Shown one piece after another: positions 25,310-33,308 of a stretch of 43,135 nt of DNA. This DNA comes from a virus: IMG/VR virus record IMGVR_UViG_3300010224_000023; one strand, 5' to 3'. Positions within the stretch are counted from its first letter, which is position 1, and each line of letters begins with the position of its first letter. A program made the position numbers and the translations under genes. The notes under the pieces were generated by a model that worked only from the letters and a program-made list of their open reading frames with translations, did no database searches and was not told where the DNA came from.

Positions 25310-26973
25310 TGCTGCACCGTGTACCCGCTGACCTGGTTCAGTTGGTCGTAGGCATTACCGCCGCCCTGTACCGGCGTCTGTCCAAGGTTCTTCGCGGTCT
25401 TCGATTGCTGCTCCATCACAGCCGCCTGCTGTGCGGCCTGCTGCGCCTTCGCGCGCGCGTCACGAATCATTGCTACCTTGTCGTTGGCAACAATCAATGT
25501 CGGATCAACGCCTAACTGGTCGCTGTACACGTCCGCCCATGAATCCGAATCAAACTTATCGAGCACGTCCGGCTTGTACTGCGCAATCATGCCGAGATTG
25601 CCGACGAATCGGTCAATACCATTGGTGCCGATGGCACGCTGCGCCTGTGCCAACACCGATACGAGTTCGACATTCAGTTCCATCCCCTGCATCTCCTGCG
25701 GAGGCGGAGGAATGGCGTTCATCTCAACCATGTTGTCGAAGGTGAGATTGACCATCGGGTACAGTAGTTCGTTGCTCAGGCGCTCAAGCACCGGCCCAAG
25801 CATCAGCATCTTCTCTTCCTGCCGCGCCGCCACTTCCGTGGCCGTCATCTTCGGATCGACCATGTTCGAGATCATCAAGAACAGGTCAGAGAAGAATGTG
25901 GTGCGGATGCGCTGCCGAATATCCTGAATGTCCGCAAGCAGGTGGTTGAGATCGAGATTGACTTCGAACAGGTTCTTGACGCCCTGCTGTGCGTTCGTCG
26001 CGTCGTAATAGGTGATGCCCCCCGGCAATCTGTCCACATCGCGGTTCTTCAGTGATGCAGGCGCCGCAATCGGAGGATTGGTGAGATAGTCGATGCCCTG
26101 GGCCTTGCGAAGCTGCTCATGCTGCAGTTGCTTCACATCTCCAAGGGCTTCCATGCCCGGTGAGTTTCCGTAGATGTCTCCACCAGACACAGCCCAGCGG
26201 GGGGCGACAGCAGGGAATCTCTTGAATCCACTCTCGCGCAGGAATTGTCCATCGTTTACGCCAACTTCGAAGTAGTAGCTTCCCCACGCCATGTTCTTGG
26301 CGTCTTTCTTGCTCGGGTCGCGGTCAGAGCGCGGTTCGATGCTGTGCTGCACGCTGATCCACGCATCCAGCGTGCCGTTGGTGTAAAGGCTCTTCACGGT
26401 CTGCGAACAGTTCGCAATCCCGAACTCCTTCACGATCTGCGATACCTGCATCTGAAACTGCCGATATAGCGTGACCACTTCACCTTTGGCGTCGGTGGCG
26501 ATGCAATACTCGCCTGCCGTAAGCGGGTAATGATGGAGCACGGTGTTGAAGTCCGGCACGATCACAGATGCCGCCGTACCAAACGCGCCCAACTCCTCAT
26601 ACATCTGGTGCAGCGCGCGGTAGGTGTTCGATACCTGGAACGCCTTGTGCATCGACTGTGACACCTGATCGAGCCATATCTTTACCGGCTGATAGGCGTT
26701 CAGAGACGGGTCAGGAGTCTGCAACCGGAACCATGGACGTGCAGGCGAGGTTGCACCCGCCATCAAGCCAGCGCCGAGTGTTCGAAGCGCCTGTGTGCCT
26801 GTGTTGTCGTAGATTTGGTTGAACTTCTTTGTTCCCTTGTCGCGGTCCTCTAAGAAGTAGCGCCCGTTGTATGGAAGCAGGTAGCGAGAGATTTCGCGCC
26901 ACTGTCCAATCCACGATTGCCGCTCAAGTGTAAGAGTTCCCCATCGCCGGATGAGTTCGTTGCGCTTATCCAT
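25306..26973 (-). CDS. Portal protein (555 aa)
   Basis: Size and position after TerL fit. The N-terminus LIRRWGTLTLERQSWIGQWREISRYLLP..GR is a podovirus head-to-tail connector pattern. Confidence 0.8.
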   Translation of the reverse strand: MDKRNELIRRWGTLTLERQSWIGQWREISRYLLPYNGRYFLEDRDKGTKKFNQIYDNTGTQALRTLGAGLMAGATSPARPWFRLQTPDPSLNAYQPVKIWLDQVSQSMHKAFQVSNTYRALHQMYEELGAFGTAASVIVPDFNTVLHHYPLTAGEYCIATDAKGEVVTLYRQFQMQVSQIVKEFGIANCSQTVKSLYTNGTLDAWISVQHSIEPRSDRDPSKKDAKNMAWGSYYFEVGVNDGQFLRESGFKRFPAVAPRWAVSGGDIYGNSPGMEALGDVKQLQHEQLRKAQGIDYLTNPPIAAPASLKNRDVDRLPGGITYYDATNAQQGVKNLFEVNLDLNHLLADIQDIRQRIRTTFFSDLFLMISNMVDPKMTATEVAARQEEKMLMLGPVLERLSNELLYPMVNLTFDNMVEMNAIPPPPQEMQGMELNVELVSVLAQAQRAIGTNGIDRFVGNLGMIAQYKPDVLDKFDSDSWADVYSDQLGVDPTLIVANDKVAMIRDARAKAQQAAQQAAVMEQQSKTAKNLGQTPVQGGGNAYDQLNQVSGYTVQQ

Positions 26974-27329
26974 CAGGAACCCAGAAGTGTGGTCTTGCCG
27001 AGGTTGAGGCCAGAGGTATCGATTCCGCCGGGGCCGGTGAGCATTGTGCTTCCCGCTCCGCCGCCCGCTACCGCTGCGCGCTTGAGGATGGTGGAGATGT
27101 CAGGAGCCGCCTGATTCGCTTGGCCTTGTGCGACCTCGCCTTTACGTTCCGTGGAGAGTGCAGCAGCGGTAGCGGTCTGCTGTGCGGTGGTCTGTTTCTT
27201 CAATGCCTGCTGCTGGGCGGCGTGCTGGTGCTGTCCGTTGTAGATGCCGTACCCGAGGGATCCCGCTCCGACGGCGGCACCGGCAATAGCCGCGATTGTT
27301 GCTGCTGATGCGCTTCCCGCCATCGTCAC
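26973..27329 (-). CDS. Gly/Ala/Gln-rich small protein (118 aa), hypothetical virion or assembly protein
   Basis: It is coupled to the portal start (1-nt overlap). The N-terminus is hydrophobic and Gly/Ala-rich. Confidence 0.5.
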   Translation of the reverse strand: MTMAGSASAATIAAIAGAAVGAGSLGYGIYNGQHQHAAQQQALKKQTTAQQTATAAALSTERKGEVAQGQANQAAPDISTILKRAAVAGGGAGSTMLTGPGGIDTSGLNLGKTTLLGS

Positions 27330-27790
27330 TCTCCTGTCACTAAAACTTCATCAGCCGCGAAATGCGACAGTTTTTCGTACTCTTCTGTAAACTCGCGCTC
27401 TGCTTCTTCCACAGTTCGCGCCTGCGTGGGGAAGAGCATGGTCATCTCCACCGAACTCCGCGCCACAAACACCTGCTTGCGCAGCGAGCTTCCAGCGAAC
27501 ACACGATAGCCGTCTGTTGATCGCCATCCACGATCCGTCAACACGTCGGCGTGACCGTGAACCACCAGCACCGTGGGGATCTTCACTAACACGCCAGTAA
27601 CCACAACACCTTCCGGTACGCGGATCGTCCTCGCATACATTCCGGCGTGGAACATATGCTCTACCGGTAGTTCTGTCTGTTCTGCGGAGTTCGACAGTGA
27701 TTCAAATGCTTCTATTGCCGCCAGAACGTTTGCTGGCGTTGCGGAGAGGCTTGATGAACAGCGAACTAGCGCGAGAGTATCGTTTTGCAT
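27326..27790 (-). CDS. Cupin-like / beta-barrel hypothetical protein (start uncertain, 27655..27853)
   Basis: The conserved-looking core is ELPVEHMFHAGMYARTIRVPEGVVVTGVLVKIPTVLVVHG. The N-terminus overlaps the GNAT gene 3' end by about 90 nt whichever start is used. Confidence 0.45.
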   Translation of the reverse strand: MQNDTLALVRCSSSLSATPANVLAAIEAFESLSNSAEQTELPVEHMFHAGMYARTIRVPEGVVVTGVLVKIPTVLVVHGHADVLTDRGWRSTDGYRVFAGSSLRKQVFVARSSVEMTMLFPTQARTVEEAEREFTEEYEKLSHFAADEVLVTGE

Positions 27791-28181
27791 ACATCGCCTC
27801 TGCTGCGCTCCCCGCTGTTGCCCCAAAGCAAATCGCGACGCAGCCGTTGCCAAGCGCCCACTCTTCCGCTGTACAGATAAGCCGCGCTCCGGCGGTTGTG
27901 GAGCGGTGCGTCTTCTTTACGAACAGCGATTCCGACACCGCAGACTGCTCACTGAAATGTGGCAAGCCCGTATTCAGGACCGTGATGAACCCCACCAGAG
28001 ACTCACCCTCAAACGCCCCAAAGACTGTCAACGCTCCAGATGTTTCCAGCACCTCGTACAGAGCGGTGTTGATTCTGTACGCGCCGAGTTCAGGGCTGGC
28101 ACATTCCGCCTCGTACTCTGCAAGCAGTTCAGTGGACGCCAATACAACGTGCCGAGACACGCGCCTTATCTGAACCATCAC
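27702..28181 (-). CDS. GNAT-family N-acetyltransferase-like protein (159 aa)
   Basis: ATGA coupling to the TerL stop. The segment VSESLFVKKTHRSTTAGARLICTAEEWALGNGCVAI resembles GNAT motif A (R/Q-x-x-G-x-A/G followed by a helix). Confidence 0.5.
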   Translation of the reverse strand: MMVQIRRVSRHVVLASTELLAEYEAECASPELGAYRINTALYEVLETSGALTVFGAFEGESLVGFITVLNTGLPHFSEQSAVSESLFVKKTHRSTTAGARLICTAEEWALGNGCVAICFGATAGSAAEAMYAKRYSRASSLFIKPLRNASKRSGGNRSI

Positions 28182-29626
28182 ATCCTCGAATACGGGTCGT
28201 ACTCCGTCGCCTTTGCCTTGCGGATGGCAAACGGAAGGGAGTTCGCAGCAGGCATATCCGGCAGTGCGAACGTCAACGCCAACGCATCAGCAAGGTCGGG
28301 CGACTTGCCCAACCGCTTCTTAATCTTGTCCTTTGGCTCCAACAGAAACGCACCATTGCGGAAGCCATACGTGGGTGCCGTCAATTCCTGCACTAGCCCA
28401 GGTACGTTCGGCAGACTTCCACCGCGCTTTATCCACTCCGACATCTCCATCCAGCACTGAGCACGCATGTTCGCGTACTTAGGATTGGAGGATGGCCGGT
28501 CGAACGAAACCGCTACAGGGCTGTGCCCGGCAGCGCGCATGTGATCGATGGCTCCCGTAGCCCATTGGAACGTGTCATCGAAGAATTCCATCTCCGATCC
28601 CCACTCGTTTTTCTTGTAGATGGTCGCGTTCGCAATATCTACCGTTGCCGCCGAATCCCGCACATGACGCATCTCCCTTGGTGGGAACGCCACAATACCC
28701 TGTCGCGGGAAGATAACGGTGCGATCATCGCCAAACCTCGCCACGTCGATGCCAAGCCTTTTCTGCGCCCACTCATACGTCTCTGGCCGTGGATGAAGAC
28801 TCATGGCCTTCTCAACTTCTTCCACGCTCAACAGCGCATTGATTGAACCAGGCGGGAACAATCCGAGGATGAACGCCATAACCCAAGGGTTGTCACGTCC
28901 GTATAGCGCAATCTGCTCTGCAGCCCACTTGATGTCTACGCGCGGCGTGCGCTTAGGATCATCCGGGTCTGCCGTGATACTTACAATCTCCCACTGCTCG
29001 CGCCCGCGCGTGCAAACTTCATACAGCAATCCGGCCTGCGATGTGGTGTTTCCGGCTGTAACAATCAGGCCGTCTTCGCACGATGTAAGCCCCTGTTCGG
29101 CAGAGCGCACCATGTTCGGCGGAATGTCGCCCGATTCATCAATCAGGTAAAACGGGAAAACCGAGTGCATACCAGACAGGGTGCGACCAATCGCGTCCGA
29201 GTCAGACGTCTTAGACCATCCCTTTGCGCTCAGAAACCACGTCTCAGGATGGTCCTTTGCGAAGATCCTCTCCTTCTGCCATTGGAACGCCTCAAGCAGA
29301 AAGGGTGAGTTGTTCTGCCACTTCGCCAATTCCGCCCAAAGGTTGTCTTTCAGGTTGTCGCTTGTGATCGATACCGCAGCACCTTTGGGGTGCTCATTCT
29401 TGGCCGCGAAACATACAAGCCTATGCCAACCCAGCCATGCCAGTACAGCAGTCTTACCCGGTCCCGCGCAGGCTTTCATTGCAATGCGCTTACGCCCAGG
29501 CTTGCCAGCCATCGTGAGCACGTCAAGCTGCCACGCATCAGGCTCTACGTGGAACACATCTCGCACAAACTTTACGGGATCGTGCCGCCACTCTTTGATC
29601 CGGTCGCTCGCTGCGTTACTCGCCAT
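28178..29626 (-). CDS. terL: Terminase large subunit
   Basis: Walker A-like KACAGPGKT and Walker B-like FYLIDESGD are present. A C-terminal nuclease-type region, size and position all fit. Confidence 0.85.
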   Translation of the reverse strand: MASNAASDRIKEWRHDPVKFVRDVFHVEPDAWQLDVLTMAGKPGRKRIAMKACAGPGKTAVLAWLGWHRLVCFAAKNEHPKGAAVSITSDNLKDNLWAELAKWQNNSPFLLEAFQWQKERIFAKDHPETWFLSAKGWSKTSDSDAIGRTLSGMHSVFPFYLIDESGDIPPNMVRSAEQGLTSCEDGLIVTAGNTTSQAGLLYEVCTRGREQWEIVSITADPDDPKRTPRVDIKWAAEQIALYGRDNPWVMAFILGLFPPGSINALLSVEEVEKAMSLHPRPETYEWAQKRLGIDVARFGDDRTVIFPRQGIVAFPPREMRHVRDSAATVDIANATIYKKNEWGSEMEFFDDTFQWATGAIDHMRAAGHSPVAVSFDRPSSNPKYANMRAQCWMEMSEWIKRGGSLPNVPGLVQELTAPTYGFRNGAFLLEPKDKIKKRLGKSPDLADALALTFALPDMPAANSLPFAIRKAKATEYDPYSRM

Positions 29627-30047
29627 TTCCTACCACGAGCGATTCCAGCGTCACCTTGCCCGTATGCTCATGCTCCTGCTTATCGCGCCAATCGTCACGC
29701 TTGCGATTTTTGAGCCAGAAGATACAGGCAGTGGTGTCAGGGGGAACGACTTCGCGGAAAGGGACCTCAGTAACGAGTCCTTCCTTTGAGCAGAAAATCT
29801 TTACCGCGTCATATTCGAAGCCGATGGCTCTCCGGTACAGGGATCGCTCCACCATAACGTCAGCTTCGTCTTTGCCCGACTTTAGGGACTGAAGAAACTT
29901 GGGATGCTTCAGCTTCCACGTGTTGAGCGTACGCTCACTCACTCCAAAGAAATCAGCGATCTGGATGTCCGTAGCGCCCAAGAGGGAGAGCTTTTCGGCC
30001 TGCGCAGCGTATTCGGGCTTATAAGCCGTCGGTCGTCCTCCCGCCAT
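29616..30047 (-). CDS. terS: Terminase small subunit (HTH type)
   Basis: GGRPTAYKPEYAAQAEKLSLLGATDIQIADFFGVSERTLNTWKLKHPKF...ERSLYRRAIGF...IFWLKNRKRDDWRDK is the classical small-terminase pattern. It overlaps the terL start. Confidence 0.8.
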   Translation of the reverse strand: MAGGRPTAYKPEYAAQAEKLSLLGATDIQIADFFGVSERTLNTWKLKHPKFLQSLKSGKDEADVMVERSLYRRAIGFEYDAVKIFCSKEGLVTEVPFREVVPPDTTACIFWLKNRKRDDWRDKQEHEHTGKVTLESLVVGNGE

Positions 30048-30081
30048 GTCTCCTCACTACCGTGGCAAGATGCCACAACCT

Positions 30082-30204
30082 CTAAACTTTCAATCCCACG
30101 CCAAATCCGACCAGAAACCCGAACCCCACCAAAGCAAACGCCGCGATAGCTCCCACCAGATATAGGCCATAGTCCGATACCGCAATGAGGGTTTTGAGTG
30201 TCAT
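30082..30204 (-). CDS. Small single-TM protein (40 aa)
   Basis: Internal ATG gives MTLKTLIAVSDYGLYLVGAIAAFALVGFGFLVGFGVGLKV. The upstream extension in the track ORF is His-rich and implausible. Confidence 0.4.
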   Translation of the reverse strand: MTLKTLIAVSDYGLYLVGAIAAFALVGFGFLVGFGVGLKV

Positions 30205-30209
30205 GGTGT

Positions 30210-30443
30210 TTACCTGTGAGCGCGGATGATGATGTCTACCGTTGTCGTGATGATCGCAGTGGCAAGCATGGCGCATGTGGTCGCCGCGAATCTACGCGCG
30301 GATGACATGGACTGCTCAAGACGGTCCACTCGCACCGTCATCGGCTCTTTGCCGTTGCCCTCGATCAAAATCTGGTTGTGCTTACTGATGCGCTCCGTTG
30401 CCCAAACGCGAAATTCGGTCGAAACGCATGTTTGATTACTCAC
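30210..30443 (-). CDS. Small C-terminally TM-anchored protein (77 aa)
   Basis: The C-terminus is hydrophobic (FAATTCAMLATAIITTTVDIII). It abuts the upstream gene. Confidence 0.45.
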   Translation of the reverse strand: MSNQTCVSTEFRVWATERISKHNQILIEGNGKEPMTVRVDRLEQSMSSARRFAATTCAMLATAIITTTVDIIIRAHR

Positions 30444-30752
30444 TTAGGCCCTCTCCGGTGTCGCCGGAGTGCCGGCCAATGTGGGATATTCCTTGTCCAT
30501 AAACTCCCTCCATGCTTGCGCGGGAGTCCTGGGTGCTTCTTTCGCCTCGGGAGCCTTGTACTCACCGTTTAGGCATTTGGTGTGACGGCGCTGATACGCC
30601 TCAAGCATCTCTACGCGGGCAAAGGCGTCCTGCAGCTTGTATCGGTTCAACTCTTCGTAGCCGGCGCAGACAGGGCAGTGCAGCGCCTGTACTTCGTCGC
30701 TAATGTAAGCCGCGCGCGGGTTTCTAGACACCGGCCAGCGCCACCGATCCAA
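30444..30752 (-). CDS. Hypothetical protein with CxxC (102 aa; start TTG 30752 or GTG 30731)
   Basis: It has LHCPVCAGYEE and is otherwise helical. Both candidate starts are non-ATG. Confidence 0.45.
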   Translation of the reverse strand: MDRWRWPVSRNPRAAYISDEVQALHCPVCAGYEELNRYKLQDAFARVEMLEAYQRRHTKCLNGEYKAPEAKEAPRTPAQAWREFMDKEYPTLAGTPATPERA

Positions 30753-31056
30753 AGGCTGTCACGCTCGTCTTGATGAGGCCCCAACCAGTAAGCCGCTCGA
30801 ACTGCGATTCCGTCAGTTTCTCGCCAGAGGTCACATAGTCGATATAGCGGCGCGTGTCGGCCTGAGTAAGCATCGGGCAGGAGTCGGGGGAGTTCGACGG
30901 CTGCACAAACAGGCGATAGGTCCCGCCCCGCACGTGCTCGCACTTGTTGCGTTCAGCCATGCTGCGGGCTTCCGTGTAGGTGAGCCGCATGATGAGCTTG
31001 CCAGCGTCGTCTACCAGCTTGCAGTTCTCGCGATTTCCGCTGTTCGGTCGCTTCAC
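30724..31056 (-). CDS. Hypothetical protein (110 aa), first gene after the terminator
   Basis: GTG 31056 is preceded by GGAGGGG. The track ORF extends upstream through the terminator hairpin, so it was trimmed. Confidence 0.45.
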   Translation of the reverse strand: MKRPNSGNRENCKLVDDAGKLIMRLTYTEARSMAERNKCEHVRGGTYRLFVQPSNSPDSCPMLTQADTRRYIDYVTSGEKLTESQFERLTGWGLIKTSVTAFGSVALAGV

Positions 31057-31072
31057 TCGGCCCCTCCGCGTT

Positions 31073-31103
31073 AAATAAAAAGAGCCGCCCCGGTCGGACG
31101 GCT
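31073..31103 (-). terminator. Intrinsic terminator between the early-left genes and the packaging/late genes
   Basis: The minus strand reads AGCCGTCC-gaccg-GGGCGGCT followed by CTTTTTATTT. The one non-canonical pair is G-U on the minus strand and C-A on the plus strand. Confidence 0.65.
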
Positions 31104-31257
31104 GAAACCTATTTAGAGACAGCAAGGCTAAGCCTTACTGCAGGGCCACTGTCGTAGGCCATGGGCGATCCTGTCACCCACGAGGACTGAATCCATCTCG
31201 ACTATGACAGGGAACTATGCGCCGTTCAAGGTCAAATTATGGATTGTGCAGAACACG

Positions 31258-31515
31258 CTACAAACCATTTCGCGTCCACTCTTCAGCCTGTAAAACCACC
31301 CGCGAATACGTCATCTCAAGCGCCTTACAGATGCGCGTGCGGTTCTCGGCCGACATGCGCGTGCTGCCATGCTCCAGGCGAAGGACGGCGTGATAGGAGA
31401 GGTTAGAGCGTTCGGCCAGTTTCTCGATAGACAGGCCTCGCTCCCTGCGCAGACGCGCGAAGGCTTTGCCGATCTGCTCATCGGTCAATACGACAGCCTC
31501 GATGCGGTCTATCAA
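31258..31515 (-). CDS. XRE/Cro-type HTH regulator (85 aa)
   Basis: RRERGLSIEKLAERSNLSYHAVLRLEHG is the HTH_3 pattern. There is an ATGA-type overlap with the upstream gene. Confidence 0.75.
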   Translation of the reverse strand: MIDRIEAVVLTDEQIGKAFARLRRERGLSIEKLAERSNLSYHAVLRLEHGSTRMSAENRTRICKALEMTYSRVVLQAEEWTRNGL

Positions 31516-31700
31516 GCCGCCCTCCTATCCCTCACCGGCAAATCAATCTCCGTCCCGTCTTGAAATGTCACCAGCACCGCATCAAAGACCTCATGACACT
31601 CAGGACAATGCGATGTAGCCACAGCCCCGCAGACGTGCTTGCACCCCATGCAGGACATAACCTGAGTGCTGGATAGGTATTCAATCCGTAGCTTTGCCAT
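31512..31700 (-). CDS. Small Zn-ribbon protein (62 aa)
   Basis: ATG 31700 follows AAGGA. It encodes MAKLRIEYLSSTQVMSCMGCKHVCGAVATSHCPECHEVFD (CxxC...CxxC). The track ORF 31512..31961 was trimmed because its 5' part overlaps 31733..31969. Confidence 0.5.
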   Translation of the reverse strand: MAKLRIEYLSSTQVMSCMGCKHVCGAVATSHCPECHEVFDAVLVTFQDGTEIDLPVRDRRAA

Positions 31701-31732
31701 GTGAGTTCCTTTGGGCTGGATCGTGCGTGGGG

Positions 31733-31969
31733 CTATGCGCGTTTGACCGATACCGATACGCGAAACTTCCCATCGCCGGGCTTGTGTCCGATATGCCATG
31801 CGCCACAGAATCGGCACGCATACGCCTCCAATCCGGGTGAGCCTTTCGCGGCCATGCCGATGCAGGCTTTCTCTGCACCAGAGCGCGCCCCGTAGCACAC
31901 CTTTCCAGCGCACGAAGTCAGATACTTCATCGGTCTCAGGTACTTCCACGTTCTGTTCCACAGGCTCAT
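31733..31969 (-). CDS. Small Cys-rich protein (78 aa)
   Basis: GGAGGGG SD is within the repeated intergenic element. The protein has C..C...C...YACRFCGAWHIGH, a putative Zn-binding pattern. Confidence 0.55.
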   Translation of the reverse strand: MSLWNRTWKYLRPMKYLTSCAGKVCYGARSGAEKACIGMAAKGSPGLEAYACRFCGAWHIGHKPGDGKFRVSVSVKRA

Positions 31970-32006
31970 CACCCCTCCAACCCTTCCCGGTATGACCGGA
32001 GACTTA
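31970..32006 (-). repeat. Repeated intergenic element, copy A (stop - CCGGTCATACCGG palindrome - SD)
   Basis: cccctccaac(c/t)cttcccggtatgaccggagactta is shared with 32245..32281, 36 nt with 1 mismatch. Confidence 0.85.
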
Positions 32007-32243
32007 CTCTGCGTTTGCGAAGTCGTCTTGTGTAACCCTACGCACGCTTCCGTCGTCGTCTTCCATCTTCCCGGCCATGGAAAAAACTCCGCCCAATATG
32101 CTCATGACCGCGAACGCTGCCGCCTCAGCGGATGTTGGTTGCGCCTTGATCTGCTCAAAGGTTTTTCCGGGATTGTCCACCGAGAAGCCAACCTGTAAGT
32201 TCCCGTCGGCTCCATCCTCAATCGTTATCGTTGCTTTGCTCAT
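32004..32243 (-). CDS. Hypothetical protein (79 aa)
   Basis: SD GGAGGGG is within repeat copy B. The protein is acidic with a central hydrophobic stretch. Confidence 0.55.
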   Translation of the reverse strand: MSKATITIEDGADGNLQVGFSVDNPGKTFEQIKAQPTSAEAAAFAVMSILGGVFSMAGKMEDDDGSVRRVTQDDFANAE

Positions 32244-32244
32244 C

Positions 32245-32281
32245 TACCCCTCCAACTCTTCCCGGTATGACCGGAGACTTA
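32245..32281 (-). repeat. Repeated intergenic element, copy B
   Basis: See copy A. A degenerate third copy (cccggtatggccggaca) lies at 32593..32609 inside the rusA 3' end. Confidence 0.85.
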
Positions 32282-32554
32282 GTTATCTTTCGGCTTGGTG
32301 TTAGCGGCCAGCGTCCCGTTTGCGATAGCTGAAAGCATGTCCTGAATCAGCACGTATGCGCCGCGCGGGTCATTGAACCGAATGACCACTGCGCCATCTT
32401 TCAGTTTTTCCGGGTCGTGTTCTGAGCCAGCGTTTCGTCCCACAGTTCCGGGATGCTGTGCTGGCTCTATGAAGAGCGCAGGAACGCCTCCATATGTGCC
32501 CCAGTTGCTAACGATTGCTCCGATACCACACTCAACGACTTTTACCTTTTCCAT
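32279..32554 (-). CDS. Hypothetical protein (91 aa)
   Basis: ATG 32554 is preceded by GAGGAGG. The track ORF was trimmed by 5 codons. Confidence 0.55.
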   Translation of the reverse strand: MEKVKVVECGIGAIVSNWGTYGGVPALFIEPAQHPGTVGRNAGSEHDPEKLKDGAVVIRFNDPRGAYVLIQDMLSAIANGTLAANTKPKDN

Positions 32555-32572
32555 CTCACACCTCCTCAATCA

Positions 32573-32950
32573 CTACTTCGCTTCAAGTTGCGCCCGGTAT
32601 GGCCGGACAGTTATCTCAGTGCGGGGATTCTCGGCGTCTCGCCCCTTCTCCGCAATCATCCGCATCACCTTTGAATCCGTGTCGATCACGCCGGCGGTAA
32701 CAAGCGCGTCCAGAATCACCTTTGCCCGGTTGTCCACGTCGCCCCGCTCGCCCTTGCCGTGGAACACGATGTATTCGACCTCGTATCCCTGTTTGCAGCG
32801 CAACTGCTGGCCCGCGGCAATAATGGTCAAATCCCGAGCAAACCCTTGCGATTTACGCGTTTTGTAGCTACCGATGTGGCCCGCGATGATGCGGTGCTTG
32901 ACGTAGTGGTTCACGCTTACGGGCGTGCCGGGAACGGTAAACGAAATCAT
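32573..32950 (-). CDS. rusA: RusA-family Holliday junction resolvase
   Basis: ATG 32950 follows AGGAGG. ERGDVDNRAKVILDALVTAGVIDTDSKV matches the RusA catalytic Asp motif (D-x-D-N-x-x-K-x-x-x-D-a-L). Confidence 0.75.
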   Translation of the reverse strand: MISFTVPGTPVSVNHYVKHRIIAGHIGSYKTRKSQGFARDLTIIAAGQQLRCKQGYEVEYIVFHGKGERGDVDNRAKVILDALVTAGVIDTDSKVMRMIAEKGRDAENPRTEITVRPYRAQLEAK

Positions 32951-32991
32951 CCGCTCCTCCTTCGGGCTGCGGGTGTAGCGTGCGCGTCCCA

Positions 32992-33186
32992 TCAGCGCTT
33001 CACCGCGTAATAAACAACGTAAAACCACGAGCAGATGCCGTGCAGTGTCGCCAAAAATATTGAGTGATGCTCGCTCCATGAGATTGCGATTGCGAGAGCG
33101 CACCCGAACGAGATCCCGGTTTTGGCCGATTCAGATTTATCGCTCACGCCGCCACCTTCCGATTCAGCCACTTCTCCAGCGGCCAT
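32992..33186 (-). CDS. Small 2-TM membrane protein (64 aa; start uncertain, up to 33252)
   Basis: The C-terminus is GISFGCALAIAISWSEHHSIFLATLHGICSWFYVVYYAVKR. Confidence 0.4.
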   Translation of the reverse strand: MAAGEVAESEGGGVSDKSESAKTGISFGCALAIAISWSEHHSIFLATLHGICSWFYVVYYAVKR

Positions 33187-33308
33187 ACCTGCGTACTTCC
33201 GCACGCGCTGCATTGCTTCAAACTTCCGCCGATACTGTCGCAGTTGCAGCACACGCCCGCGCTCGACATTGGGATTGATTCCGGCTTGGTCGCTGTCGCT
33301 ACGCTCAT
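33144..33308 (-). CDS. Small Zn-ribbon protein (54 aa); not in the ORF track
   Basis: ATGA coupling to the methyltransferase stop. It encodes MSVATATKPESIPMSSAGVCCNCDSIGGSLKQCSACGSTQVWPLEKWLNRKVAA (CxxC...CxxC). It overlaps the alternative frame of 32992..33252. Confidence 0.4.
   Translation of the reverse strand: MSVATATKPESIPMSSAGVCCNCDSIGGSLKQCSACGSTQVWPLEKWLNRKVAA

Noticed and set aside
31701-31961. The N-terminal 87 aa of the 149-aa track ORF 31512..31961.
   Set aside because: It overlaps 31733..31969 in another frame. That gene has its own SD inside the repeated element. The downstream ATG 31700 has an SD and yields a compact Zn-ribbon protein.
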